From an uncultured Planctomycetota bacterium (GTDB lineage: Bacteria; Planctomycetota; Planctomycetia; Isosphaerales; Isosphaeraceae): 64,000 bases of DNA. Shown here piece after piece: positions 7,701 to 17,493 of this stretch (the first letter of the stretch is position 1; every line of letters begins with the position of its first letter). The stretch lies in contig CAVTTN010000002.1 of the NCBI GenBank assembly GCA_963737655.1, forward strand, positions 1,856,001 through 1,920,000, given 5' to 3'. Made by a program: the position numbers and the translations under genes. The notes under the pieces were generated by a model. It was not told the DNA's origin, made no database searches, and was given only the letters and a program-made list of their open reading frames with translations.

Positions 7701-9674
7701 TCAGGCGGTCTGGGCCAGGATCGAGCGTCGGATCGCGTCGGGCAATCGCTCGCCCTGGAGGTCGTCGAGCCTCCGGCACGGGACGCCCCAGGCCCGGGCC
7801 AGCCCCTCGGCCATCCCGAGCCGGACCGGGCCCGCCTCGGTGTCGATGACGAGGCCGGCCAGCCGGCGGCGACCCAGTTCCGCGGCGATCGCCAGGGATT
7901 GGGCCTGGGGATCGGCCCCGGGCGAGGTCGGGAGGTTGCCCCGGCCGTCGGTCAGGAGGACCAAAAACGGGATTGCCCCGGGGTCTCTCCGCCGCGAGCG
8001 GTCCGCGACCACGCCCGCCAGGGTCATCCCCGACGCGAGCGGGGTCGCCCCGCCGATGGGAAGGTCGGAGAGGACTCGCGCCGCCTCCCGGACGCTCCTC
8101 GACGGCGGCAGGACGAGCCTCGCGCCGCCCTTGCCGAAGGCGATCAGCCCGACGCGGTCCCTCTTCTGGTAGGCATCGACGAGCAAGGACAGGACCGCCG
8201 CCTTCGTCCGCCCCATCCGCGACCGCGCGCCCATCGACCGGCTCGCATCGACGCAGAAGAGGACCAGGCGGGCCGTCGGCCGTTCCCGGAGTTTCCATCG
8301 CACGTCGATCGGCCGGATTTCGAGTCGCGATCCCGATCCGCCCCGGCGGAGGGCCTGCCTCGGGGCCGCCTGGCGGATCGTCGCGGCCAGCGCCAGGCCC
8401 CGGCCGGACGCCCGGCGATCGGTCGAGCCGACGACGGCCCCGGAACGATCCGAGGGGGAGGCCGCGCCTCCGAGGCCCGATCGCGAGGCCGGGACTCGAC
8501 GAGGTCCGCGGGGCCCTTCGAGGCGGACGACGGTCGGCCCCTCGGCCGGCGCGGCTTCCGGGTGTCCCGCCTCCGGGTCGATCGCGCCGAGTCCGTCGGT
8601 CCCGGACGCCGAAGCGCCCGATCGTCCGCCCGAATCCGGCGGACGAGGCCCGCCCGGCCGGTCGGGAGGGCGATCCGCGGGCGAATCGTCCAGGACCGAG
8701 GGCCGACGAGGCCCCGGGGGCGGCGCCGGGGCCGTCCGGCGATGGACCAGGGCCATCTCCGCCACGGCCTCGACGTCCTCCGAGGTCACCGATTCGCGAC
8801 CATCATACGCGGCGAGGGCCGAGGCCGCCCGGACGATCGTCAGGTCGGCCCGGAGCCCCTCGGCCCCTTCCCGGGCGCACCGAGAGCAGATCGCATCGAG
8901 GACTTCCTCCGGGACGGCGATCGAGGGCAGCCGGAGGCGGGCGTCGGCGATCCTCTGCCGCTCCTCTCGCTCGGAGTCCGCCCAGGTCGCGGCGAAACCG
9001 GCCGGGTCGCGGTCGAACTGGAGCCTCCGGCGGACGACCTCGGCGCGGGTCCGGGATTCGGTCATCGAGTCGGCCTCGACGACCAGGCCGAAGCGGTCGA
9101 GGAGCTGAGGGCGGAGGTCCCCTTCCTCGGGATTCATCGTCCCCACGAGCACGAACCGCGACGGATGAACGAACGCCACGCCCTCGCGCTCGACCCGGTT
9201 CACGCCCATCGCGGCGACGTCCAGCAAGAGGTCGACGAGGTGGTCGGCCAGGAGGTTGACCTCGTCGATGAACAGGACCCCGCGATGGGCCGAGGCGAGC
9301 AGGCCCGGCTCGAACACTCGACGGGCGGAGCCGAGCGCCTTCTCCAGGTCGAGGCTGCCGACGACGCGGTCTTCCGAGGCCCCGACGGGCAGGGTCACGA
9401 ACCGCGCGGGCCTCCGGGCCAGGCCGGCCGAGTCGGGGAGGGGCCAGCCGGCGATTTCCTCGTCGGGGGAGCGTCCGAACGGATCGCCCTCGAACGTCTC
9501 GACGTCGGGCAACAGGGCCGCCAGGCCCCGGGCGGCCGTGCTCTTGGCCGCCCCCTTCGACCCTCGGACCAGGACGCCCCCGAGGCCGGGATGGATCGCG
9601 GCCAGGACGAGCGCCCGCTTCATGGCCTCCTGGCCCACGATCGCCGAGAACGGATAGACGGCCGCGTCCCCCAT
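7701..9674 (-). CDS. ChlI/ChlD-like chelatase subunit (AAA+ ATPase + vWA), probable cobaltochelatase partner of CobN
   Basis: YPFSAIVGQ, G.KG.AKST Walker A, LFIDEVNLL, GTMNPEEG.LRPQLLDRFG, Pro-rich linker and DASRSM MIDAS. ATG overlaps the upstream stop (ATGA). Confidence 0.9.
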   Translation of the reverse strand: MGDAAVYPFSAIVGQEAMKRALVLAAIHPGLGGVLVRGSKGAAKSTAARGLAALLPDVETFEGDPFGRSPDEEIAGWPLPDSAGLARRPARFVTLPVGASEDRVVGSLDLEKALGSARRVFEPGLLASAHRGVLFIDEVNLLADHLVDLLLDVAAMGVNRVEREGVAFVHPSRFVLVGTMNPEEGDLRPQLLDRFGLVVEADSMTESRTRAEVVRRRLQFDRDPAGFAATWADSEREERQRIADARLRLPSIAVPEEVLDAICSRCAREGAEGLRADLTIVRAASALAAYDGRESVTSEDVEAVAEMALVHRRTAPAPPPGPRRPSVLDDSPADRPPDRPGGPRPPDSGGRSGASASGTDGLGAIDPEAGHPEAAPAEGPTVVRLEGPRGPRRVPASRSGLGGAASPSDRSGAVVGSTDRRASGRGLALAATIRQAAPRQALRRGGSGSRLEIRPIDVRWKLRERPTARLVLFCVDASRSMGARSRMGRTKAAVLSLLVDAYQKRDRVGLIAFGKGGARLVLPPSRSVREAARVLSDLPIGGATPLASGMTLAGVVADRSRRRDPGAIPFLVLLTDGRGNLPTSPGADPQAQSLAIAAELGRRRLAGLVIDTEAGPVRLGMAEGLARAWGVPCRRLDDLQGERLPDAIRRSILAQTA

Positions 9675-10066
9675 CAGATCTCCTCGCCGCACGCGCGCCG
9701 GGCCTCGCGCTCGAACCGATTGTCCAGGTAATAATGCCCTCCGCGCCGCCAGGCCCAGGCCGATTCGATCAGGTAGGCCGGGATGAAGAACAGGCCCCAT
9801 CGCTCCGCCTGGCGGACGTGGACATGTTCATGGTCCCGGCAGTAGTCCAGGCAATGGGGATCGCGCCCGACGATCACATGGCCGAGGGTCATCGCCGCGA
9901 ACCCCCACCGGAGGCCCAGCCATCGCGAGAATCCGCCGTGGAACTCGATCACGCCCCGCCGCACCTGGGCCTGGCCGCCGGTCAGGAGCGTGAGCGCCCC
10001 GGCGACCAGGCCGACGCAGGTCGTAGGGGCCGTCCAGGCATAGAGGATCGGGGCGATGGGGCGCAT
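9674..10066 (-). CDS. Small hypothetical membrane-associated protein with HExxH motif
   Basis: AMTLGHVI...DHEHVHVRQAERWG...NRFEREA; translationally coupled to the chelatase gene. Confidence 0.75.
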   Translation of the reverse strand: MRPIAPILYAWTAPTTCVGLVAGALTLLTGGQAQVRRGVIEFHGGFSRWLGLRWGFAAMTLGHVIVGRDPHCLDYCRDHEHVHVRQAERWGLFFIPAYLIESAWAWRRGGHYYLDNRFEREARRACGEEI

Positions 10067-10098
10067 CGGTTCGGTTCGGTTCGGTTCGGTTCGGTTCG
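10066..10098. repeat. Pentanucleotide tandem repeat (TCGGT)6.6
   Basis: Six exact TCGGT units plus TCG, immediately 5' of the minus-strand ATG at 10066. Confidence 0.95.
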
Positions 10099-10110
10099 AA
10101 ATCGGAAGGC

Positions 10111-10629
10111 TCAGGCCGGGACGCTCGACCTCATCGCGAGGATGGACGTTTCCAGGAAGTCCCGCAGCTCGCGGAACTCGGGGAATCTCGCGGCGATCGC
10201 GTCGCGGCCGATCGGGTGATCGCCGAGCTCCCGCGCGAGATTCGCGGCGAATTTGTGGCGATCCTCGGACAGGAGCGGGTTGGTTCGCCGGGCGATTTCC
10301 ACGACCGGATCGGCGCGAATCCAGGCATCGACGTCCGGGATCGCGAAGGTGAGGAGGAAGTTGTCCGGCCGGGCGAGTCGCCCGAGGAAGCTCTCGATCT
10401 CCCGCCGACGGTCCGCGGCCCGATCTCGGTCTGCCTCGTTGAGGACGAGGGCCACCGGCCGATCGGGGTCCTGCAAGAGATAGAGCTGCGCGGCGCCGAT
10501 CGCCGACTCGGCGAGGAGGTAGGAACTGACCTCCGGGAGGCTGGCCTTCCTCTCCTGGCGAAAGATCGCCTGCAAGAAGCGTTGTTCAGGAAGGTTTTCC
10601 GCCAGGAGCTGGAACTTCCTCGTCGTCAT
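10111..10629 (-). CDS. Hypothetical protein, partner of the upstream nuclease
   Basis: 172-aa ORF with GGAGA SD-like sequence and protein-like composition; overlaps the 3' end of the nuclease gene. Confidence 0.65.
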   Translation of the reverse strand: MTTRKFQLLAENLPEQRFLQAIFRQERKASLPEVSSYLLAESAIGAAQLYLLQDPDRPVALVLNEADRDRAADRRREIESFLGRLARPDNFLLTFAIPDVDAWIRADPVVEIARRTNPLLSEDRHKFAANLARELGDHPIGRDAIAARFPEFRELRDFLETSILAMRSSVPA

Positions 10630-11302
10630 GATCGACTTCTCCCTGGATGAACCCGGTGGGGATCTCCATCGGGCCTCGGTCCTCGTCGGCGGTCGAATTC
10701 GGGTCCTCCACGGATCTCGCGATCGGCTGATGGGGACTGCCGTACTTCATCGCCAGGGCCATCTTGCGGCGGACCATCTCCATCATCCGTTCCTGGGACC
10801 CCATCCCCCATGCAAGATCGACCTTCTCGAACATGAGGACGCGAATGGGTTTGATGAGGTTGGCGGTCTCGTTGGCCGGCGGCGTGAAGCCGTTGAACGA
10901 GACGAGCAGGCCGATCGTGCCGACCGGCCGATGTTCGACGAGAACATGAAGACGATAGAATGGATCGATGTCAATCGGGCCCTTCTCGAACTTCGATTGG
11001 ACCAGGAACCCCCGCCACCCGTCCAGGATCAGCCCGTCGTTTTGCCCTCGGACCATGTCCCCCGCCTGGGTCATGATGGGAAACGGATAGTGGACGACCG
11101 CTCCTCCCAGGCGGAATGCCTCGATCACCAACCTCTCGAAGACCAAACCGGCTTCCTGGGGCCGTAGCGCCTGCCCGTCGAAGGACGGCGATGGCGACGA
11201 ATCGTCCCTCCATCCCAGGGCGTCCCAGATCGAGCGGAGATCCTGCCAGCTTCGTGCCTGCCAGGTCGTGAGTTTCTCGAACCAGGTCGATGAATCCGCC
11301 AT
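10586..11302 (-). CDS. Mrr-like PD-(D/E)xK restriction endonuclease
   Basis: FERLVIEAF...QNDGL...LVQSK...GLLVSFNGFT matches the Mrr catalytic pattern (D...QxK, then SGFT-like motif); GGAGG upstream. Confidence 0.75.
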   Translation of the reverse strand: MADSSTWFEKLTTWQARSWQDLRSIWDALGWRDDSSPSPSFDGQALRPQEAGLVFERLVIEAFRLGGAVVHYPFPIMTQAGDMVRGQNDGLILDGWRGFLVQSKFEKGPIDIDPFYRLHVLVEHRPVGTIGLLVSFNGFTPPANETANLIKPIRVLMFEKVDLAWGMGSQERMMEMVRRKMALAMKYGSPHQPIARSVEDPNSTADEDRGPMEIPTGFIQGEVDHDDEEVPAPGGKPS

Positions 11303-11323
11303 CGCGGGCTGCCTCCCGGGAGA

Positions 11324-11509
11324 CTATCCCTCGTGAGACGCGTCGTGCCCCCGGTGAATCCACCGCCGGGCCAGGGTCCACGCCCCGAATCCGGCCAGGG
11401 CCAGGACCAGGCCGACCGATCCGAAGGCGCAGATGTGTTCGAGCGGGGTCGTCGGCGAGAACTCGCGGCCGAACAGCTCGACGGCCACGTGATGCGCGAA
11501 AAGGGACAT
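11324..11509 (-). CDS. Small His-rich single-TM protein
   Basis: 61 aa with GGAGGA upstream, TM GSVGLVLALAGFGAW and 6 His residues; directly after cobN. Confidence 0.5.
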   Translation of the reverse strand: MSLFAHHVAVELFGREFSPTTPLEHICAFGSVGLVLALAGFGAWTLARRWIHRGHDASHEG

Positions 11510-11540
11510 GCGAGATTCCTCCGATTGGTGATGGGATGCT

Positions 11541-14500
11541 TCAGGATCGGGATTCGAGGGCCGCTTCGTTCTTCAGGTAGACTTCGCGGAGGCGATCGAG
11601 CGTCTCCGGGTCGGGGGCCTCCCACAGGCCGCGGTCGGCCGCTTCGAGGAGCCTCTCGGCCATCGCCCGGACGGCCCACGGGTTGGACTTCTCCATCGTG
11701 GCCCGGACTCCGGGATCGAGGAGATAGGATCGGCTCACGTGCTCGAACATCCAGTCGTCGATGACCCCGGCCGTCGCCTCGTAGCCGAACAGGTAATCGA
11801 CGGTGGCCGAGAGCTCCGAGGCCCCCTTGTAGCCGTGGGCGAGCGTCGAGGCGATCCACTTCGGGTTCACGACCCGGGAGCGGAACACCCGGTACGCCTC
11901 CTCGCGGAGGTCGCGGACCCGCACGTCGGCCGGGTTCGAGGTGTCGCCGAAATACGTCGCCGGATCGCCGCCGGCGAGGCTGCGGATCGCGGCGATCATC
12001 CCCCCGTGGTACTGGAAATAGTCGTCGGAATCGAAGATGTCGTGCTCGCGGTTGTCCTGGTTCTGGACGGCCACCGCGACCTGCGCGAGCCTCCTCTTGA
12101 AGGCGCCGGGTGCGGCCGTGCCGTGCTCGGAACGGGTGTAGGCGTAGGAACCCCAGGTGATGTACACGTCGGCCAGGTCGTGGGTCGTCTGCCAGTTGCG
12201 TTCGTCGATCAGGTTCAGGAGGCCGGCGCCGTAGGCCCCGGGCTTCGAGCCGAACACGCGGTAGAGCGCCGCCTCGCGGGTCGTCCCCGAGGCCCGTTCT
12301 CGGAGGACGTTGGCGCGGAGGTAGTTGGATCGTTCGTCCTCGTCGGCCTCGGCGACGAGTTCGACGGCGAGGTCGATCAGGGCCACGACGTTGGGGAAGG
12401 CGTCGCGGAAGAATCCCGAGATCCTGACCGTCACGTCGATCCTCGGGCGGCCCGAGTTCCTCCAGGGGGACGAGCTCGACGCCCGACACGCGGCGATTCT
12501 CGGGCGACCAGGCCGGCCGGCAGCCCATCAGGTGGAGGATTTCGGCGACGTCGTCGCCGTGGGTCCTCATGGTGGACGTCCCCCAGACGACGATGCCGAC
12601 GGTCCGGGGGAATCGGCCGTCGTGTTCCTCCCGGAACCGCTCGATCAGCCGCTCGCCGGCCTGGACGCCCACCCTCCAGGCCGCCTGGCTCGGGATCGTG
12701 TGGACATCGACCGAGTAGAAATTCCGGCCGGTGGGCAGGATGCGGGCCATCCCCCGGGTCGGGGCGCCGCTGGGCCCGGCGGGGACGAATTTGCCCTCCA
12801 GGCCGCGGAGGAGGTTGGCGACCTCGTCGGTCGTCCGGTCGAGCCGGGGCAGGAGGTCGCGGGCGACGAACCTCAGGCAGGCCGTGATCTCGGGGCTGCC
12901 CTGGAACAGGCCCAGCTCGCCGCGTCCGGCCTCCGACGTCGCCACTTCGGAGCCGATGAGCGATGCGGCGTGGAGATCCACGGCCCGCGAGACATCGCCC
13001 CACGTCGTCGTTCCCGCCGCGGGGCGGGCGGCTTCGGGGTTTCGGGCCTCGCGGAGGTCCTCCATCACCTGACCCCAGTCATGCGCCCACCGATCGGGGC
13101 CGCGAGTGATGAAGATACTCCTGAGGATCGGATTCGAGAGGACCTCCTCGACCGGCGACCCGAGCGGCCACTGGCTCGGGGGGGCCTCGATCCCCCACGC
13201 CCGGGCGATCGCGTCTCGCAGGGACGGCACGTCCCCGTTCGGCAATCGGAGCATCGCCCGGACGGTCTCGACCCGTTGCCGGCCCCTCGGCGGCTCGCCG
13301 AGCACATGAAGGCCGTCGCGGATCTGGGCGTCTCCTAATTCGCACAGATATCCATCGATTTCCTGCAAGAACGCATCGATCTTTTCTCCTTCGGGCCGTT
13401 CCGGGGGGCCGCACGCCCTGGGAGGGGCGCATCTCGGGCCGGTTTTTCGGTGCGAGTGCGTCGGGCCGCCCTGGGAGATCCCCCCGGGCTTGTAGACGAT
13501 CCCGACCGGCCCGCACGGCGATTCCACGTCCTTGTGGAGGTCGTTCTCGAGGTAGAGGCCCCAGATTTCCTCGAAGATCGCCGGCAGCTTGGTCGGGTCG
13601 AGCGACGCCATCCGGTAGTATTCGTCGATCAGGTGCTCCAGGCGGAGGAGGTCGTCGTACGTCTCGGCCCGGGTCATGGCCGGGATCATGTGATCGAGGA
13701 TCACGGCGCCGCTGCGTCGCTTCGCCTGCGTCCCCTCGCCGGGATTGTTGATGATGTAAGGATAAAAATTGGGCAGATCGCCGATCATGATCTCGGGAAA
13801 GCATTCGTCCGACGACGCCAGGGCCTTCCCCGGGAGCCATTCGAGGTTGCCGTGCTTGCCCATGTGGATCACCGCATGGGCGCCGAACTCGCGGGCGATC
13901 CAGCGGTAATAGGCGAGGTAATGGTGGGTCGGCGGCAGGTCGGGGCTGTGGTAGATCGCCATCGGGTCGGCGCCGAAGCCCCGAGGGGGCTGGATCCCGA
14001 CGAAGACATTGCCGAGGACCAGGCCCGGGATCGCCAGGCGATCGTCGATCCGCCCGACCGTCCCCAGGGGGACGCCCCAGCGGGCGACCATCGCCTTGCG
14101 GGTGGACGGGGGAAGCTCGTCGAACAGGGGGTCATAGGTCGGCAAGGTCACGTGGCCGACGGCCGACCGCCAACCCTCGTCGGCCTGGAACTCGTCGTCG
14201 AACGTGCAACCGTCGATCAGCCGATGCATCAGGGAATCGCCGTCGGGCGGGATGTCCTCGACGCGATATCCGGCGTTTTTCAGGGCCCTCAGGACGTTCA
14301 TGACCGACGCCGGGGTGTCCAGGCCCACGCCGTTGCCGATCCTCGCGTTCTTCGACGGATAATTGCCGAAGAGGATGGCGATCTTCTTCTCGGAGTTGGC
14401 CGTGCGGCGGAGGCGGGCGAAGCTCTCGACCAGGCGGGCGACGCGGTCGATCCGGTCGGCCTTCGGGACGTAGCGGCGGACCGCCGAGCCGAGGGCGGAG

Positions 14501-15495
14501 GGGCCGTCGTCGCTCTCCTTGAAGCTGATCGCCACGGTGCCGATCCGGCCGTCGAACTCGGGCAGGACGACGTTCATCGCGGCGTCGCGAGGGGTCAGGC
14601 CGGACTTCGACGCCCGCCATTCCGATTCGGTCGAGGTGCACAGGATCGCCTGCAAGACCGGGACGTCGAGGCGGGCGAAGAGGTCGAGGATCGGGCCCGA
14701 GGATTCGGTGTGGGTCTCGTCGCCGAGGGTCGCGGCGGTGAAGCTCAGGGTGCTGATCAGGACATCGACGCGGGATCGCCCGTCCTCGTCCATCAGGACG
14801 TCGCGGAAGACCGCCGGGACGCCTCCGGGGCCGTCCTTCAGGCTGTAGAGGAAGACGGGCAGGACGCGGTGGCCGGCCGATTCGAGGCGGACGATCAGGG
14901 CATCGATCGGCGCCACGTTCCCGCTCATCCAGTGGGACCGATAGAACAGGATTCCCGCGCACGGACGGCCGCGATCGGGGTTCTCGGCGAGCCACTCGGC
15001 CAGGGAGAGCGGCTCGGGCCGGCCGGGCTCATAAATGCCCTCGCGGGGCAGGGGGGCGGGCGGATCGAAGCCGAATCTCGTGCCGAGGAGCGAATCGCCG
15101 AGGCAAAGCAGGAGGTTCCGGGCGTTCTCGGCGCCCCCCTGGGCGAAATAGTCCAGGACCTGGCCGACGAGGGGCAGGGGGGCCCGGCAGAGGGCCGTGA
15201 GCTCGGGGTCGAGGGACATCTCGCCGGGCAGGGCGAGATAGGCGATCCGCCGTTCCCGGCACCCGTGGGCGAGCCTCTCGAACCCCTCGGCGAAATACGG
15301 CTTGCCGCCCAGGACGCGGACGACCAGGACGCTCGTCCCGGGCAAATCCTCGACGAGGAAGCGATCCAGGGCGCCCGGGGCCGCAAGGTCGTTGGGATTG
15401 CCGGCGCGGACGGGAGGGAAGCCCTCGGGCAGGCGGGGGAGGGCGGCGGCGAGGGCCTGGAGCTCGGTATCGGCCGTCGAGAGGATGCGGATCAC
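11541..15495 (-). CDS. cobN: Cobaltochelatase subunit CobN (apparent 1-nt insertion near 12452)
   Basis: PEFDGRI, GVGLDTP, HMGKHGNLEWLPGK, NNPGEGTQAKRR and LPTGRNFYS in one frame; the conserved LGRPRIDVTVRISGFFRDAF is split across two frames at about 12452. Confidence 0.93.
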
Positions 15496-15694
15496 GGGCG
15501 CCTCGGCGGACCTTCGGGAACGGGCCCGGGAGGGTCGCGGCCGGGGACTGGGATGGGGACGCGCCGAGGACGGCCGATCGATCGCATCCGATCGTTGGCC
15601 GAAGGGGCGGTCCGCACGGTCCCCGGGTCGCCTTACCCTCGAAGGCGCCTCGGGTCGGGGCCGGGACCGAGTGATCGGCCTCGACCCCGGAACG

Positions 15695-15865
15695 TCCCGG
15701 CCCGGTCTTCTGGCTCGTGGGCCGTCGGCCTCCTCGGCCTTCCCGCCCGGGATCGGGCAGTGGCCAGACTTTCAGGAGGGGCCGTTCCCACTCACAGCGG
15801 CGGGGCCGCGCCGGCTTCGAACCGGCTTCCCGACGACCGGGACGTCGCGGAGAACGCCGACCATC
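15695..15865 (-). promoter_or_regulatory. Cobalamin (B12) riboswitch
   Basis: Minus strand reads GGGAAGCCGGTTCGAAGCCGGCGCGGCCCCGCCGCTGTGAG...GCCACTG...GGGAAGGC...GAGCCAGAAGACC (B12-box), upstream of cobN. Boundaries are approximate. Confidence 0.9.
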
Positions 15866-15942
15866 ATGGTTCCGAGGGGGCCGGAAGTCAATGGGAGGCG
15901 GTCCGACCGCCTCCCGAAGCCGATGGCCCGGACCGGCCCCGC

Positions 15943-17313
15943 TCAGAACCGGATGTTGAATTGCGCGAGGGCCTCCAGGTTGAACGGCCTCGGCCCGGTG
16001 ATGGGCTCGACGATCGCCATCGAGAAGAGGCTCCGGCGGCGGATCTGGAAATTCGCCCCGAACGTGAGGTCCACCCACGTGTACGAGCCGGCCGGGTCCT
16101 TGATGTTGTAGGCGTTGGCGTGGTTCAGGGGGACGTTGATGTGCGTCTCGAACGTCGGGGCGATGGCCGTGATGAACTGGTCGAGGTTCTCGGCGCGATA
16201 GACGTAATACCCGATGGCCAGGTCCTGATAGAAGATCGTCACGTCGTTGGGGTTCGTGGGGACGTCGATCGACGTGAAGCCCTGGAAGTAGGCGGAGCCC
16301 ATCGTGTAGAAGTAGCCGAGGAACGGCTGGAACGCGAAGTTGTGGGGCGAGCGGAGCCCTCGGGCGCCGGCGAAATTCCTCGGGCCCGTGGGCATGTTCA
16401 GCAGCAAGCCGGCGGAGAGCAGCCGCCCGGCGTCACGATCGGAATACAGGGCGTACTTGAAGATGGCGGCCAGGTCGCCGACCGAGGTGGACGTCCCCCC
16501 GAGGCCGGCGATCCGGCTGTTCAGCGAGAGGTTGTCGATCGGCATCCGCAGGCCGACCGACGCCCGGCCGTCCAGGACCGTCTTCTCCAGGCCGAGGCTG
16601 TAGCGATACGCCTTGAACTGGTTCAGCGGGGAATTGAGCTGCTGGTTGACCTTCTGATTCAGGTTGTCGAAATAATTGAAGGAGAAATAGATGCGATCCT
16701 GGGGCTGGGGGCTCTGGTTCTCGGCGATCTTGAAGCCTCGGACGCTGGGGATCACGGCGACGGTGGTCTTGCCGGCGGCGCCCGCGAGGTGGGGCGGGAT
16801 GCCCGGGACGCCCGGCTGGGGCAGGGCCGGGGGCGCGGGGACGCCCGGCGGCCTCGCCGCGTTGGGGATCGCCAGGAGCCTGGACAGGTTCGGCGCGTCG
16901 CCCAGCATCTGGAAATAGCCGCCGTTGCCGCCGGAGACCGCCCCGCCCAGCCCGGAAGACGCCGAAGGCGTCGAGAGGCCCGGCACCGCGCCGCCCCCGG
17001 CGGAGTTGCTCAGGTCGGGCGCTCCGCCGGCCCCGGCACCGGCTCCGGTCCCCGCACCGGCCCCGGCACCGGCGGCCCCGCCTCCGGCGTCGATCGATCC
17101 GGTGCCTTCCTGGCCTCCGAGGCCGCCCATGCCGCCTCCCGGCAAGGCCGGCGAACCCGGGGCCCCGTATCCTCCGGCCGTACCCGAGCCGCTCTGCGAT
17201 TGGGGGGTCGCCCTCGGCGCCGCCTGGGGGGATTGGGCCGGGGCCGCCGCTGCCCACGACAGCGTGGCCAGGCCGAGGGCCGCGGCCAGCGCGGACCGAT
17301 GTCGTCCATCCAT
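15943..17313 (-). CDS. Exported protein, probable outer-membrane beta-barrel with Gly/Ala/Pro-rich N-terminus
   Basis: Signal peptide, low-complexity linker, alternating aromatic beta-strand pattern and terminal Phe (QFNIRF); AGGAGA before ATG 17313. Confidence 0.65.
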   Translation of the reverse strand: MDGRHRSALAAALGLATLSWAAAAPAQSPQAAPRATPQSQSGSGTAGGYGAPGSPALPGGGMGGLGGQEGTGSIDAGGGAAGAGAGAGTGAGAGAGGAPDLSNSAGGGAVPGLSTPSASSGLGGAVSGGNGGYFQMLGDAPNLSRLLAIPNAARPPGVPAPPALPQPGVPGIPPHLAGAAGKTTVAVIPSVRGFKIAENQSPQPQDRIYFSFNYFDNLNQKVNQQLNSPLNQFKAYRYSLGLEKTVLDGRASVGLRMPIDNLSLNSRIAGLGGTSTSVGDLAAIFKYALYSDRDAGRLLSAGLLLNMPTGPRNFAGARGLRSPHNFAFQPFLGYFYTMGSAYFQGFTSIDVPTNPNDVTIFYQDLAIGYYVYRAENLDQFITAIAPTFETHINVPLNHANAYNIKDPAGSYTWVDLTFGANFQIRRRSLFSMAIVEPITGPRPFNLEALAQFNIRF

Positions 17314-17493
17314 GGAACTAGGTCTCCTCCCCCCCATCCTCGGGGGAATGAACGGTTCTCGATCGGTGGGATCGATCGTCCTTACCCCAACTTATCGCCA
17401 GGATCGGCCCCATCGTTCGCCGGATTTCGATACGATGGGATGAACGAGCCGGGCGACCCGCGCGACCCGCACATCCTGCCACCGAGGCCCCCC

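Noticed and set aside
8450..8740. Programmed frameshift site in the chelatase linker
   Set aside because: Gene is in frame from AAA to vWA and no A/T-rich slippery sequence is visible.
11541..15495. cobN (and the caspase and FAH genes) as true pseudogenes
   Set aside because: Each has only one single-base indel in a G/C run and no other decay; sequencing error is more likely.
13450..17493. Apparent 2353-aa giant ORF 13450..20511
   Set aside because: The first ~1350 codons are antisense to cobN, the riboswitch and the barrel gene; only 17494 onward is protein-like.
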